Below are positions 35,745 through 45,015 of a stretch of DNA of 64,000 bases, in pieces (the first letter of the stretch is position 1; every line of letters starts with the position of its first letter). The translations under genes and the position numbers were made by a program. This DNA comes from a virus (lineage: Duplodnaviria; Caudoviricetes), in IMG/VR virus record IMGVR_UViG_3300034108_000283, positions 51,897 to 115,896 of that record; one strand, given 5' to 3'. The notes beneath the pieces were generated by a model. It saw only the letters and a list, made by a program, of their open reading frames with translations, made no database searches and had not been told where the DNA came from.

Positions 35745-36413
35745 ATGAAATCTTGTGTACCAAAAAACTGTATAGTTGGGGAAACATGGAATCGACAAAC
35801 CTGTAAATGTGAAGAAAAACCATTACAAAGATCTGGGGTTGCAGTAAAAGCATCTCCAAAATCTGTTACAAAAAAACCTAAATTATTTAATAAAGGTGGA
35901 ATGGTAAAGTATGATGCAGGTGGTTCAACATCTGCTGTTAAACCTGAAGGTAAACGTTATACATCTGTTAAACCTGAAGGTAAACGTTATACATCTTTGT
36001 CTAAAGGTAATCCTAATTTAAAGCCTATGCCTAAACCTATGCCTAAACCAGGAGAAAAACCAATACCTGCAAAAGCAGGTGCTAAAGGAACTGGTACATA
36101 TTATGGACCAGGACCAAAACCTTTAGCAGGTGGTAATAAAAAGATTGTGACTAAAGTTGAGAGTTCAAATAAAACCCGTCCAACTACTGTTACTAAAAAA
36201 ACAACTAGTGCTGTTAAAAAACCAGCAAAACCTAAATTGCAATCTGATGAAAAAATAATGGATACAGCTAGATATATTTCACAAGGAATTAAAGATGTAT
36301 ATAATTCACAAGTTGAAGGTATAAAAAAGTCTCCAGGATATAAAGCATATAAATATGTTAAAAATGCAATGGGTTATAAAAAAGGTGGTATGACTAAAAC
36401 TAAGAAAAAATAA
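35745..36413 (+). CDS. Lys-rich basic protein
   Basis: FNKGG, YDAGG and YKKGG motifs; internal 10-aa duplication. Confidence 0.7.
   Translation: MKSCVPKNCIVGETWNRQTCKCEEKPLQRSGVAVKASPKSVTKKPKLFNKGGMVKYDAGGSTSAVKPEGKRYTSVKPEGKRYTSLSKGNPNLKPMPKPMPKPGEKPIPAKAGAKGTGTYYGPGPKPLAGGNKKIVTKVESSNKTRPTTVTKKTTSAVKKPAKPKLQSDEKIMDTARYISQGIKDVYNSQVEGIKKSPGYKAYKYVKNAMGYKKGGMTKTKKK
35935..35996 (+). repeat. Perfect 30-bp tandem duplication
   Basis: CTGTTAAACCTGAAGGTAAACGTTATACAT x2, in frame. Confidence 0.95.
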
Positions 36414-36415
36414 TC

Positions 36416-36682
36416 ATGGCACAGGCAAAAACTAAGAAAGTAAAAGTTACTGCCGGTGGTGAAAAGCATGTAGTATACAAAAAGACTACTAAGAAAGGAG
36501 AAGGAAAGGTTGGCAATATAATGGTCAACCATCCTACCAAAGATAAAGGTCAGTGGGATACAATAGATCTTACTGCAAAAGGTAGAGCTAAGACTGTTAA
36601 ACAAGGAGTAGCAGCTACAAAGAAATGGCATAAGGATAACCCGGATTATAAATATAAAGGTAAAGGTAATGGCAAAAAGTAG
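36416..36682 (+). CDS. Small basic protein
   Basis: 88 aa; coupled to its neighbours. Confidence 0.7.
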   Translation: MAQAKTKKVKVTAGGEKHVVYKKTTKKGEGKVGNIMVNHPTKDKGQWDTIDLTAKGRAKTVKQGVAATKKWHKDNPDYKYKGKGNGKK

Positions 36683-37016
36683 AGCACAACAAGCAGCAAT
36701 AGCTATCTCAATGAAGAAAGCTGGTAAAAAACCTAAGAGTTTACCAAAAGCTCAGAATGGTAAAATTGTAAAACCGACTGCAGATAGCACTGGTTATTAC
36801 AAGAAAGAAATAAAAGGTTATGACCAACTTATTAAAAGTGAACCAAATACACCAATAGGAAAATCTAATAAGTTAGGCTATATGGATGCTAAAAGTAAAG
36901 CTTATAGTAATCTAAATAGACAATCATTAAAAGGTAAACCAGGTTATGATAAAAATGGTTTTCCTATTAAAAAATCAACTACTAAAAAGAAAACAACTAC
37001 TAAAAAGAAAGGATAA
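36669..37016 (+). CDS. Small basic protein
   Basis: SRAQQAAIAISMKKAGKKPK N-terminus. Confidence 0.7.
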   Translation: MAKSRAQQAAIAISMKKAGKKPKSLPKAQNGKIVKPTADSTGYYKKEIKGYDQLIKSEPNTPIGKSNKLGYMDAKSKAYSNLNRQSLKGKPGYDKNGFPIKKSTTKKKTTTKKKG

Positions 37017-37288
37017 TGGCAAAGTCACCTGCTTGGACAAGATCTGAAGGTAAAAATAAGACAGGAGGTCTTAATGCTAAAGGAGTAGCTAGTTATAGAA
37101 AAGCTAATCCTGGTAGTAAACTTAAGACAGCTGTAACTACTAAACCTTCTAAGCTTAAAGCTGGAAGTAAAGATGCTAAGAGACGTAAGAGTTTCTGTGC
37201 TAGAATGTCTGGGATGCCTGGACCTATGAAAGATGAAAAAGGAAGACCTACAAGAAAAGCTCTTTCTTTAAGAAAATGGAACTGTTAA
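37016..37288 (+). CDS. Small basic conserved phage protein (DUF6321-like)
   Basis: AWTRSEGKN..GGLNAKG.ASY...NPGSKLK...RRKSFCARM.G...SLRKWNC. Confidence 0.75.
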   Translation: MAKSPAWTRSEGKNKTGGLNAKGVASYRKANPGSKLKTAVTTKPSKLKAGSKDAKRRKSFCARMSGMPGPMKDEKGRPTRKALSLRKWNC

Positions 37289-37300
37289 AATATATATAAA

Positions 37301-37978
37301 ATGAAAACTTGTAAAACTGGATGTGGTGGCAAAATGAAAGCCGGAGGATCTGTAAAGAAAGTAAAGAAAATGGCTACTGGTGGTCAAGCTCTAAATAAAG
37401 CTAAAGGATTTGCTCCTGCACAAAAAGGTGGTGACAATGTATCTAAACAAATTTATGGTATACCAAATGCTGGTACTACTGGACCAAACAGAACTGCTGG
37501 ATATGACTACAAAAAAGGTGGTTCTATTAAAAAAATGAAAGCTGGCGGTCGTTCAAACCCATGTCCAAAAGGATACCATTTGGAGGGAGGAATATGTAGA
37601 GAAAATATTCTTCATAGTTTAGGTTCTAAACTTGGTGTAGGTACTGTAGTTACCGGTGCACTTGGTATTGCTGGTAAATACATCGGTGATAAAATAAAAG
37701 AAAAAAAGGCTGCAAAGAAAGAAGCTGAAGAAAAAAAGAAAAAAGCTGCAGAAACTCCAAAAGCTAAATTTGGTGCATCTGTTGGTGTAAAAGCTTCTTG
37801 TAAGCAAGGCATGGTTAGAGGTGCCGATGGTAACTGTGTAATGTCTAGACCTAAGTTTAAATCAGGTGGTTCATTAAAACCGGTTAATAAATCTGCTAAC
37901 CCCGGACTTGCTAAACTTCCTACAGCTGTAAGAAACAACATGGGCTACATGAAAAAAGGTGGTGTTAAGAAAAAATAG
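37301..37978 (+). CDS. Lys-rich protein with multiple xxxGG motifs
   Basis: MKAGG, MATGG, YKKGG, FKSGG, MKKGG. Confidence 0.7.
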   Translation: MKTCKTGCGGKMKAGGSVKKVKKMATGGQALNKAKGFAPAQKGGDNVSKQIYGIPNAGTTGPNRTAGYDYKKGGSIKKMKAGGRSNPCPKGYHLEGGICRENILHSLGSKLGVGTVVTGALGIAGKYIGDKIKEKKAAKKEAEEKKKKAAETPKAKFGASVGVKASCKQGMVRGADGNCVMSRPKFKSGGSLKPVNKSANPGLAKLPTAVRNNMGYMKKGGVKKK

Positions 37979-37980
37979 TC

Positions 37981-38145
37981 ATGGCAACTAAAAAGAAGTC
38001 AGATAAAAATTGGATACAGAAAGCTACAGCTTCTATAAAAAGAAGAGGTACTGCCGGTAAGTGTACTCCAATAACTAAACCTGGTTGTACAGGGAAAGCT
38101 AAAGCTTTAGCTAAGACTTTTAAAAAAATAAGTAAGAATAAATAA
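37981..38145 (+). CDS. Small basic protein (54 aa, not in the ORF track)
   Basis: MATKKKSDKNWIQKATASIKRRGTAGKCTP...ALAKTFKKISKNK*. Confidence 0.7.
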   Translation: MATKKKSDKNWIQKATASIKRRGTAGKCTPITKPGCTGKAKALAKTFKKISKNK

Positions 38146-38657
38146 TGAAAACTAACGGTGTCAGATACGGTATTAAATCATCTAAGCCTTATGAAATAAA
38201 CAGAAGAGCTAAAAGAAAAAATATTACTGTAGAAGAATTAATAGTTTTAGAAAAAGAAGAACAAGAAAAAATTGATAATGGTTATACATTTTGTAATAGA
38301 TGTAAAGAATGGAAAATATTTGGAAAAGCTAAAACATACTGTAAAGAGTGTTGCTCAAATAATACAAGAAATAGTTATAACTATGAAAAACAAAGAGCAT
38401 ATATTCTTAAAAAGAAGTATGGTATTACTTGTGAAAAATATGATGAAATGTTACATGAACAAAATTACAAATGTTACATTTGTCAAAAACATGAAGATAA
38501 GTTAGACAGATCTTTAGCTGTAGATCATTGTCACACAACTGGTAAAGTAAGAGGTTTATTATGTGGAAACTGTAATAGATTTCTTGGACAAATAAATGAT
38601 GATATAATTGTAGCAAATAGGTTGGTTAATTATCTTATTAAATATAAAAACATTTAA
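38145..38657 (+). mobile_element. Endonuclease VII-family (HNH-like) free-standing homing endonuclease
   Basis: YGIT...Y..ML..Q...C.IC...LAVDHCH.TG.VRGLLC..CN..LG motif; flanked by a duplicated host-gene 3' end. Confidence 0.85.
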
Positions 38658-38681
38658 GAAAATGGCTAAAAATAGATAATC

Positions 38682-38960
38682 ATGAAAAAGACTAATAAAG
38701 AAAACCCAGTTACATTCTTTAGAAAAGCTAATGAAGCTAGACAAGCTGTAGTTAAAAAATCTATTAAGAAAGCTCAAGATGGAATGCAAGTGGGTCCAAT
38801 GACACAAGAGGATGCAGCTGATGCAGCATTTAGATCTGCACAAAATGATCCTGCTAATAATCCTAACAATGAAATGTTTAGACCTACTCCATATGCTCCT
38901 GCTAAAAATACAGGACCAATGAGTTATAAAAAAGGGGGTTCTACAAAAAGAAAGAAATAA
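38682..38960 (+). CDS. Small basic protein with AQDG/YKKGG motifs
   Basis: 92-aa ORF. Confidence 0.7.
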   Translation: MKKTNKENPVTFFRKANEARQAVVKKSIKKAQDGMQVGPMTQEDAADAAFRSAQNDPANNPNNEMFRPTPYAPAKNTGPMSYKKGGSTKRKK

Positions 38961-38963
38961 GAC

Positions 38964-39662
38964 ATGCTTAATAGTACTATTACCATAAAAGTTAAAGAAA
39001 GGATCAACAAGCTTGACAGTAATGACTATGATAACATAGAATGCTGGCAGATTGTTGAGGCTTTCAATAAGGCTCAGGTTGAATGGGCTAGAAGACAGCT
39101 GCATGGTATTAACCAAGTAAGAGAAGGTGATGAGCAATCTACCCGTAGAAAAGATGACTTACAAATCTTGTTAGTTACAGAGACTTTACCTACAGTAGAT
39201 AAGCAGTATTACTTTAAGGGTGCTATTCCAGAGGATTACTTACAATGGAAAAGAGTAGATGTATTTGCTCAGAAAGACTGTTGTAATAAAAGAAGAATGA
39301 CTGTATACTTAGCAGAGGAAGGAAACCTTAATCAACTTCTCAGAGATAAAGCTAAACAACCTAACTTTGAATGGGCAGAAACATTTGCTACTCTTAAGGG
39401 CGGTGATGTAAATGTATATACAGATGGAGTGTTTAATATACAAACCATGGATCTTATATATTACAGACAACCTATTAAGATACAAGTGCAGGGATGTGTT
39501 GATCCTTATACAGGTGTTGCATCTGCAGCAAATGTAGAATGTGAGTTTAAAGATGATATAATAGAATTAATAATTGATGAGGCTGTAAGTATTATAGCTG
39601 GAGATATTGAGTCTGGAAACCAATTCTCTAGAGGCACTGATACAGCTGAACGTAACAACTAA
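38964..39662 (+). CDS. Head-tail connector / ring protein
   Basis: INKLDSN...FNKAQ...YYRQP...IIDEAV; size and position match crAss-like ring proteins. Confidence 0.65.
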   Translation: MLNSTITIKVKERINKLDSNDYDNIECWQIVEAFNKAQVEWARRQLHGINQVREGDEQSTRRKDDLQILLVTETLPTVDKQYYFKGAIPEDYLQWKRVDVFAQKDCCNKRRMTVYLAEEGNLNQLLRDKAKQPNFEWAETFATLKGGDVNVYTDGVFNIQTMDLIYYRQPIKIQVQGCVDPYTGVASAANVECEFKDDIIELIIDEAVSIIAGDIESGNQFSRGTDTAERNN

Positions 39663-39667
39663 TAACA

Positions 39668-40168
39668 ATGGCAACAAGAATGTTAAAAAGACCAGATACT
39701 TCAAGCAGACCACAAGTAACAGTAACTCAACCTAAGAGTGAATCTCCTAAAGCAGAACCAACTCCGGATACAGGAGTAGGTGGTAGCTCATTAGATACAA
39801 TGGTAGCAGCTTGTGCTTCGGAACTTATGAGTGCTAGAAATGTCTTTCATAAGCTACATCTAAAAGTTACAGGACCGGGATCTTATGCAGCACATGTTGC
39901 TATTGGAGATTTCTATGATGGTTTACCTGGACATGCTGATACATTAGTAGAGGGATATCAAGGAGCTGCAGAAAAAATATTAACTCTAAAAGATGTTGCA
40001 CCAAGAACATTAGATGATGTAGCTGATGGTGTTGCATACCTTAGAGAAATCTCTGGAATGATTACAAAACTTCAAGGAATGTTACCTTATTCTGAGATAG
40101 TAAACAACTTAGATTTAGTTAAAGATTCTATTAATTCTACTAAGTATAAATTACTTTTCTTAAAATAA
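39668..40168 (+). CDS. Ferritin/Dps-like protein
   Basis: HxxHL...SYAAH.A..DFYD......D.LVEGYQG...I.N..D........YKL four-helix metal-site pattern. Confidence 0.8.
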   Translation: MATRMLKRPDTSSRPQVTVTQPKSESPKAEPTPDTGVGGSSLDTMVAACASELMSARNVFHKLHLKVTGPGSYAAHVAIGDFYDGLPGHADTLVEGYQGAAEKILTLKDVAPRTLDDVADGVAYLREISGMITKLQGMLPYSEIVNNLDLVKDSINSTKYKLLFLK

Positions 40169-40233
40169 TTTGGTTATTTAAAAAAAGTTTAGTATATTAT
40201 AGTATATTTATTTATTAATTAAAACAAAAAACA

Positions 40234-41784
40234 ATGGCTTATTTTAATCATGCTTTTCAAAAAGTGTTTGTAGGAACTACCCTCAATGGAGGTGGTGGTT
40301 TTGTAAACACACTTAGCGGCAAATTAGGAACTCCAGGTAATATTCTTACAGGTGGTCAGTTTGCATTTGTAGATGCAAAAACTTGGACTCTACAAACAGC
40401 TGCTCCTTCAGGATGTTGTCCTTTAGTACTTGCTGCAGGTTCAATCTATCAAAGAGATAAGATTGGTCCTTTCCATGGTGGATACTTAGAGACTAACAAA
40501 TCTAAAGTAATCAATCCTAAATATGTTAGCAAATTCTACCGTGTAGATCCATGTTTACCACAAAATGAAGTAGTTCATTTAGGTAACACTGCTTATACAG
40601 ATGATGTTGCTTTAACATTGGCTATTGATACTGCTGGAGCAAATCTTGTTGATGGTGTTTACACTGATGTTGAATTATGTCCTGCAGGAGCTGGGTCAGG
40701 TGGTCAAAATGCTTATGCTAATATTACTGTAGTAGATGGTGAAGTTACATTTGTTGAATTAACAAATGGTGGTTCAGGATTTACAACAGGTGATCTTATT
40801 GCTCCATGTGTTGATTTACCAAATACAGGTGAAGATACACAACCTGAGTTTGAAGTAACTGCTGGTGTTGGTGCTAACTGTTGTAAAAAATTCTATTGTG
40901 GTGAAACATATACATTACGTGTTGATGTTAAAGGTTCTCCTGCATTAAGATTACTTAATCACAACTCTTATATCATTGCTTCTGCATATGGTGGATGTTG
41001 TCCAGAAGGATCTATTGCTCCAGTAGAAATTGATTCAACTTTAATCTTTATCCAATGGGCTGATGCAATCCGTAGATACCCTGTTATCTCTCCATTCTTA
41101 TTACCAATAGTTATTGACCAAGCTGGTACTCCATGGTATGCACCAGGAACTGATGCTCAATTCTTAGCTGATGAGGGTGTTGATACTTGGGATCATTATG
41201 TATCTCCAGGATATGGTGAAGGTGACTGTGCTGGTTTAGTATTAGTAGGTGCTTATGTAGATACTAAGTTTGAAAACTGTACATTCCAATTGACTGACTT
41301 CTATGAAGTTGAGCCAGTTAGAATCTATGCTTCTGAAGTAGATCTTAATGGTGATCCATGTTTGTTTGACGGAGTATGTGTTATCAAAGAATGTGAAGGA
41401 AGACAAGCAATGGGTCTTGGTGAATCAGTTGCACGTGATGTAATCTTATCTGAGCAATACAGACAAAACTTCTTCCACAGTGATTTCAGGATTCGTGAGA
41501 TTACACAAGGATACAGTGTGTTTGATTACATTAACCGTAACAACTTGTATACAAGATACTATTTGTTACATAATGTTCCACGCTTCAATAACCCAACTAG
41601 TACATTTGATAATGATCAATACTTATTAGAGATCATTACTGATGGTGTAGAAGCTGCTTTTCAAACATTTGTTAACACTTGGTTGACTAACTGTGGATCA
41701 ACTTGTGAAACTTTGGAAATTGAAGACTGTGTGCAAGCTGCATGTATTCCAATCTATCCTTACCCAGGACAGATTATAGACTAA
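40234..41784 (+). CDS. Abundant structural protein (auxiliary capsid-like)
   Basis: Own late motif and terminator, biased codons, Cys-rich; crAss-like synteny. Confidence 0.6.
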   Translation: MAYFNHAFQKVFVGTTLNGGGGFVNTLSGKLGTPGNILTGGQFAFVDAKTWTLQTAAPSGCCPLVLAAGSIYQRDKIGPFHGGYLETNKSKVINPKYVSKFYRVDPCLPQNEVVHLGNTAYTDDVALTLAIDTAGANLVDGVYTDVELCPAGAGSGGQNAYANITVVDGEVTFVELTNGGSGFTTGDLIAPCVDLPNTGEDTQPEFEVTAGVGANCCKKFYCGETYTLRVDVKGSPALRLLNHNSYIIASAYGGCCPEGSIAPVEIDSTLIFIQWADAIRRYPVISPFLLPIVIDQAGTPWYAPGTDAQFLADEGVDTWDHYVSPGYGEGDCAGLVLVGAYVDTKFENCTFQLTDFYEVEPVRIYASEVDLNGDPCLFDGVCVIKECEGRQAMGLGESVARDVILSEQYRQNFFHSDFRIREITQGYSVFDYINRNNLYTRYYLLHNVPRFNNPTSTFDNDQYLLEIITDGVEAAFQTFVNTWLTNCGSTCETLEIEDCVQAACIPIYPYPGQIID

Positions 41785-41805
41785 TCTTATAGACTAAAAA
41801 CAACT

Positions 41806-41840
41806 AAGGGGAGCTGAGTTTCATACTCCTCCCCTTTTTT
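41806..41840 (+). terminator. Intrinsic terminator
   Basis: AAGGGGAG...CTCCCCTT followed by a T-tract. Confidence 0.8.
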
Positions 41841-41851
41841 ATTATTTCACT

Positions 41852-42394
41852 ATGGCTAATCATATACTAAGTTTAGAGGTACCAACTGTAATGAATCCTT
41901 GTATCTTAAAGATATTTGATACAAGTGTTTATACACCATTGCTTCCGGTAACTTGCCCCACATTAAATATTACAGTACCAGGATTTGGATATTCTGTACA
42001 ACTAGATACTACACAAGATTTTGTAGAAACAATTACTGCATGTGATCTAGGACTGCAAACAACAGATTGTGGAACAGTTACTGTAGATATACCTGATGGT
42101 ATATACATTATTAAATACAGTGTATCTCCTAATGAAACTGTATATGTAGAGTATAACCATATGAGAATCACTCAAGCATTAAACAAATACTATAATGTAT
42201 TATGTGATGTAGATGCTAATGCATGTGATCCTCCATTCAAAATAAAACAAAGACTTGAGGAACTTAGATTAATTTTTATGTATCTTCAAGCTGCTAAAGG
42301 TAAAGTAGAATTTTGTCATGAGCCACAGAAAGGAATGAGCTTATACAATTATGCTTTAAAACTTTTAAATAAATTAACTTGTACTAATTGTTAA
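41852..42394 (+). CDS. Putative tail structural protein
   Basis: IPDGIYIIKYSVSPN motif; structural context. Confidence 0.6.
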   Translation: MANHILSLEVPTVMNPCILKIFDTSVYTPLLPVTCPTLNITVPGFGYSVQLDTTQDFVETITACDLGLQTTDCGTVTVDIPDGIYIIKYSVSPNETVYVEYNHMRITQALNKYYNVLCDVDANACDPPFKIKQRLEELRLIFMYLQAAKGKVEFCHEPQKGMSLYNYALKLLNKLTCTNC

Positions 42395-42415
42395 CTAATT
42401 AAAAACCAACAACTT

Positions 42416-42613
42416 ATGGCAACTTGTGCAAATTGTGGAGCTACCCTATCATGCGGATGTCAGAAAAGAACATTAGCAAATGGTAAAAGTGGATGTGCTA
42501 ACTGTGCTAGTAAAGTAACTAAACAAGAAGTAAAACCAACTACAGTAAAACCAACTAAAACAGTTTGGGGACCTGATAGATATAAACACTTACAAAAGTT
42601 TACTAAGAAATAA
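42416..42613 (+). CDS. Small Cys-rich protein
   Basis: CxxC..x..CGC...CxxC. Confidence 0.7.
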   Translation: MATCANCGATLSCGCQKRTLANGKSGCANCASKVTKQEVKPTTVKPTKTVWGPDRYKHLQKFTKK

Positions 42614-44994
42614 TGGCTGGAATTCCTAAGTATAATATAATACCTTGCTGTCCTGATTCAGGTAGACAGATTGAGCAATTTCATATTCCTGATGGACCAG
42701 GTGGACTTGTTCCAGATGGTGTATATGTTTATACTGAACCAAATACTGTTATTAATGGAATATCATTTATAACAGATCAATGTTATACAATACAAGGAGC
42801 TGGTAGTAATTTTGCAACATTGCCAGATGCCCCAAGTTATAATGACTTTTCATTAGTAGAAGGTTGTCTGGATGAATTATGTATTGCTTGTGAACCAGCT
42901 TTACCAAATACATTTGAAGTATATGCATGTTGTGATTCAGCAAATGTAATAACATTAAATATAGATGATGCTACTAATACAACAAACGGTGTCTATTCAT
43001 ATAATGGTGTTTTACCACTTACTGTAGGAGGATTTACATTTGAACCAGAGCAGTGTTATAAAATAGAATATGTTGGAAATGCTATTGCAACAGGAGGTCC
43101 TTTCTTATCTACTTTTTTATTTCAAGGTAGTACTTGTGAGCTTACAGAAAATTGCCCGGCATGTCCTACTACACCTCAGTATTTAAGATATGCATCTTGC
43201 TGTGGTAATTCAGTATTATATTTTAGACCTTATTCAACTGGTATATACACTGAAGGAGTATATGAGTATTTAGGAACACCTGTAAATGGTTTAGAAAATA
43301 TTTGCTATAGTCTTACTATTGAAGATGTAGGTGTAGCACCAATAGATGATATTATAGAATATGGTGCATTACCTGAAGCTCCGGACTTTATTGAAAATGT
43401 TACATTTGATACTTTTTCAAATATCACTACTAACTGTGCTGCTTTTACATTAGAATGCCCATCTTGTAAAAAGACATGTTATACTTTATACAACTGTGAT
43501 GGACTATTTTTTAATACTACATCTGATGTGTCAGCTTATGTTGGAGAGTTTATTACAATATCAAATAATGATGGACCAGTTGCAGGTACATGGTTTGTAT
43601 TATTAAATACAGGTAAATGTGATGCTACAGAAGATATTACAGTAACAGGTCTAGCTCCAGAACCATGTGACTGCAGATGTTTTGAAGTTACAGGAAATCC
43701 TACTAAAATTATATATATTGACTGTAATGGAAATTTAATTAATACAGCAGGTGCTGATAAATTTTGTTCTTTAGTATATCCATTTGTAACTGGTACTCCA
43801 GGACAATATCAAATATCAGAAGGAGATAACTGTGTTGATGGGGAATGTCCAGTTTTATGTTACAAACTAACAAACTGTGATACAGGTGAAGTTATCTATT
43901 CTACACTACAAAACTTATCTCAGTATGTAATTACATCTTCTATAGTTACATTATCAGGCTATGAAGGTTGTTGGCAAGTAAATAATTTAGAAGAAGGTGA
44001 TATATGTGACTGCCCAGTAAATGTTGTAGTTCTACAAGTATTTAGTTCATGTCAAGCGTGTCTACCTATAGTAGCCTACAAACTTACAAATTGTGAAAAT
44101 CCGGCTGACATCAAATATACATATGATGATTTATCAGAGTATATTGATCAAGTAGTAAAGTCAGACTGTGGTTGTTATTTAGTTGAATTAATTGACTTTC
44201 AGCCCCCAAGTCTAAGTACTATAATTATAACAACTTCATTTACAACATGTGTAGAATGTTTAAGACAATACTATGAGCTTACAAGTTGCAATGATAGTGA
44301 TGATGTTATATATACATATACAGATGTATCAGCTTATATTGGTCAGGTAATAAAAATACAAGGTTGTGATTCTTGTTTTACAATTGAAGAAACTGAGATT
44401 CCTATAAATCCTGTAATTGTAACAGTATCAGAAACATTTGACACATGTCCAGAGTGTGCACCTCCACCTCCTTGTTTATGTAGCAGAAGAACTAACTATA
44501 GCACTACAGCTAAAGAATATCAATATATAGATTGTAATGGAAACGAGTCTGTTGTTATAACATTACAACCAAATGAAAGCACAGGTAAATTATGTGTTAG
44601 AGAATGGAGAGTTTTTTATCCAGAAACAGATAATCTAGAAGTATTTGGAAATTGTCTTTTACCTAGCAAATTTAATTGGGTATGTCCTATTACAACCCCT
44701 GTAAAAAAAGTTAAACCTGGATACTCAACTCCATCTTGTGATATAGAAAAATATGAGAAGATAACATGTAAAGCATCAGAGATATATTATAAACAAGTAA
44801 TGAGACTTAGATATGGTATATCAAACTGTTGTCCAGAAGATGAAGAAAAATGGTTAGTCAAGAAAGAACTTATTGATCTTGATGCATTGAGAGACCCGGA
44901 TTATATTTGTACACCTGTAACTACATGTTGTAGCCAACCTATTAGTTCATGCGGGTGCGGATGTAATCAAACACTCAAAACTTGCAATTCTTAA
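42613..44994 (+). CDS. Cys-rich repeat structural protein
   Basis: Several repeats of the form YxLxxC...Y...D.S.Y.G..I.....C. Confidence 0.7.
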   Translation: MAGIPKYNIIPCCPDSGRQIEQFHIPDGPGGLVPDGVYVYTEPNTVINGISFITDQCYTIQGAGSNFATLPDAPSYNDFSLVEGCLDELCIACEPALPNTFEVYACCDSANVITLNIDDATNTTNGVYSYNGVLPLTVGGFTFEPEQCYKIEYVGNAIATGGPFLSTFLFQGSTCELTENCPACPTTPQYLRYASCCGNSVLYFRPYSTGIYTEGVYEYLGTPVNGLENICYSLTIEDVGVAPIDDIIEYGALPEAPDFIENVTFDTFSNITTNCAAFTLECPSCKKTCYTLYNCDGLFFNTTSDVSAYVGEFITISNNDGPVAGTWFVLLNTGKCDATEDITVTGLAPEPCDCRCFEVTGNPTKIIYIDCNGNLINTAGADKFCSLVYPFVTGTPGQYQISEGDNCVDGECPVLCYKLTNCDTGEVIYSTLQNLSQYVITSSIVTLSGYEGCWQVNNLEEGDICDCPVNVVVLQVFSSCQACLPIVAYKLTNCENPADIKYTYDDLSEYIDQVVKSDCGCYLVELIDFQPPSLSTIIITTSFTTCVECLRQYYELTSCNDSDDVIYTYTDVSAYIGQVIKIQGCDSCFTIEETEIPINPVIVTVSETFDTCPECAPPPPCLCSRRTNYSTTAKEYQYIDCNGNESVVITLQPNESTGKLCVREWRVFYPETDNLEVFGNCLLPSKFNWVCPITTPVKKVKPGYSTPSCDIEKYEKITCKASEIYYKQVMRLRYGISNCCPEDEEKWLVKKELIDLDALRDPDYICTPVTTCCSQPISSCGCGCNQTLKTCNS

Positions 44995-45015
44995 TAATAA
45001 TTAGTATATTATAAT

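Noticed and set aside
35935-35996. 30-bp duplication as a mobile-element footprint
   Set aside because: It is an in-frame tandem copy in a low-complexity protein, best explained by slippage.
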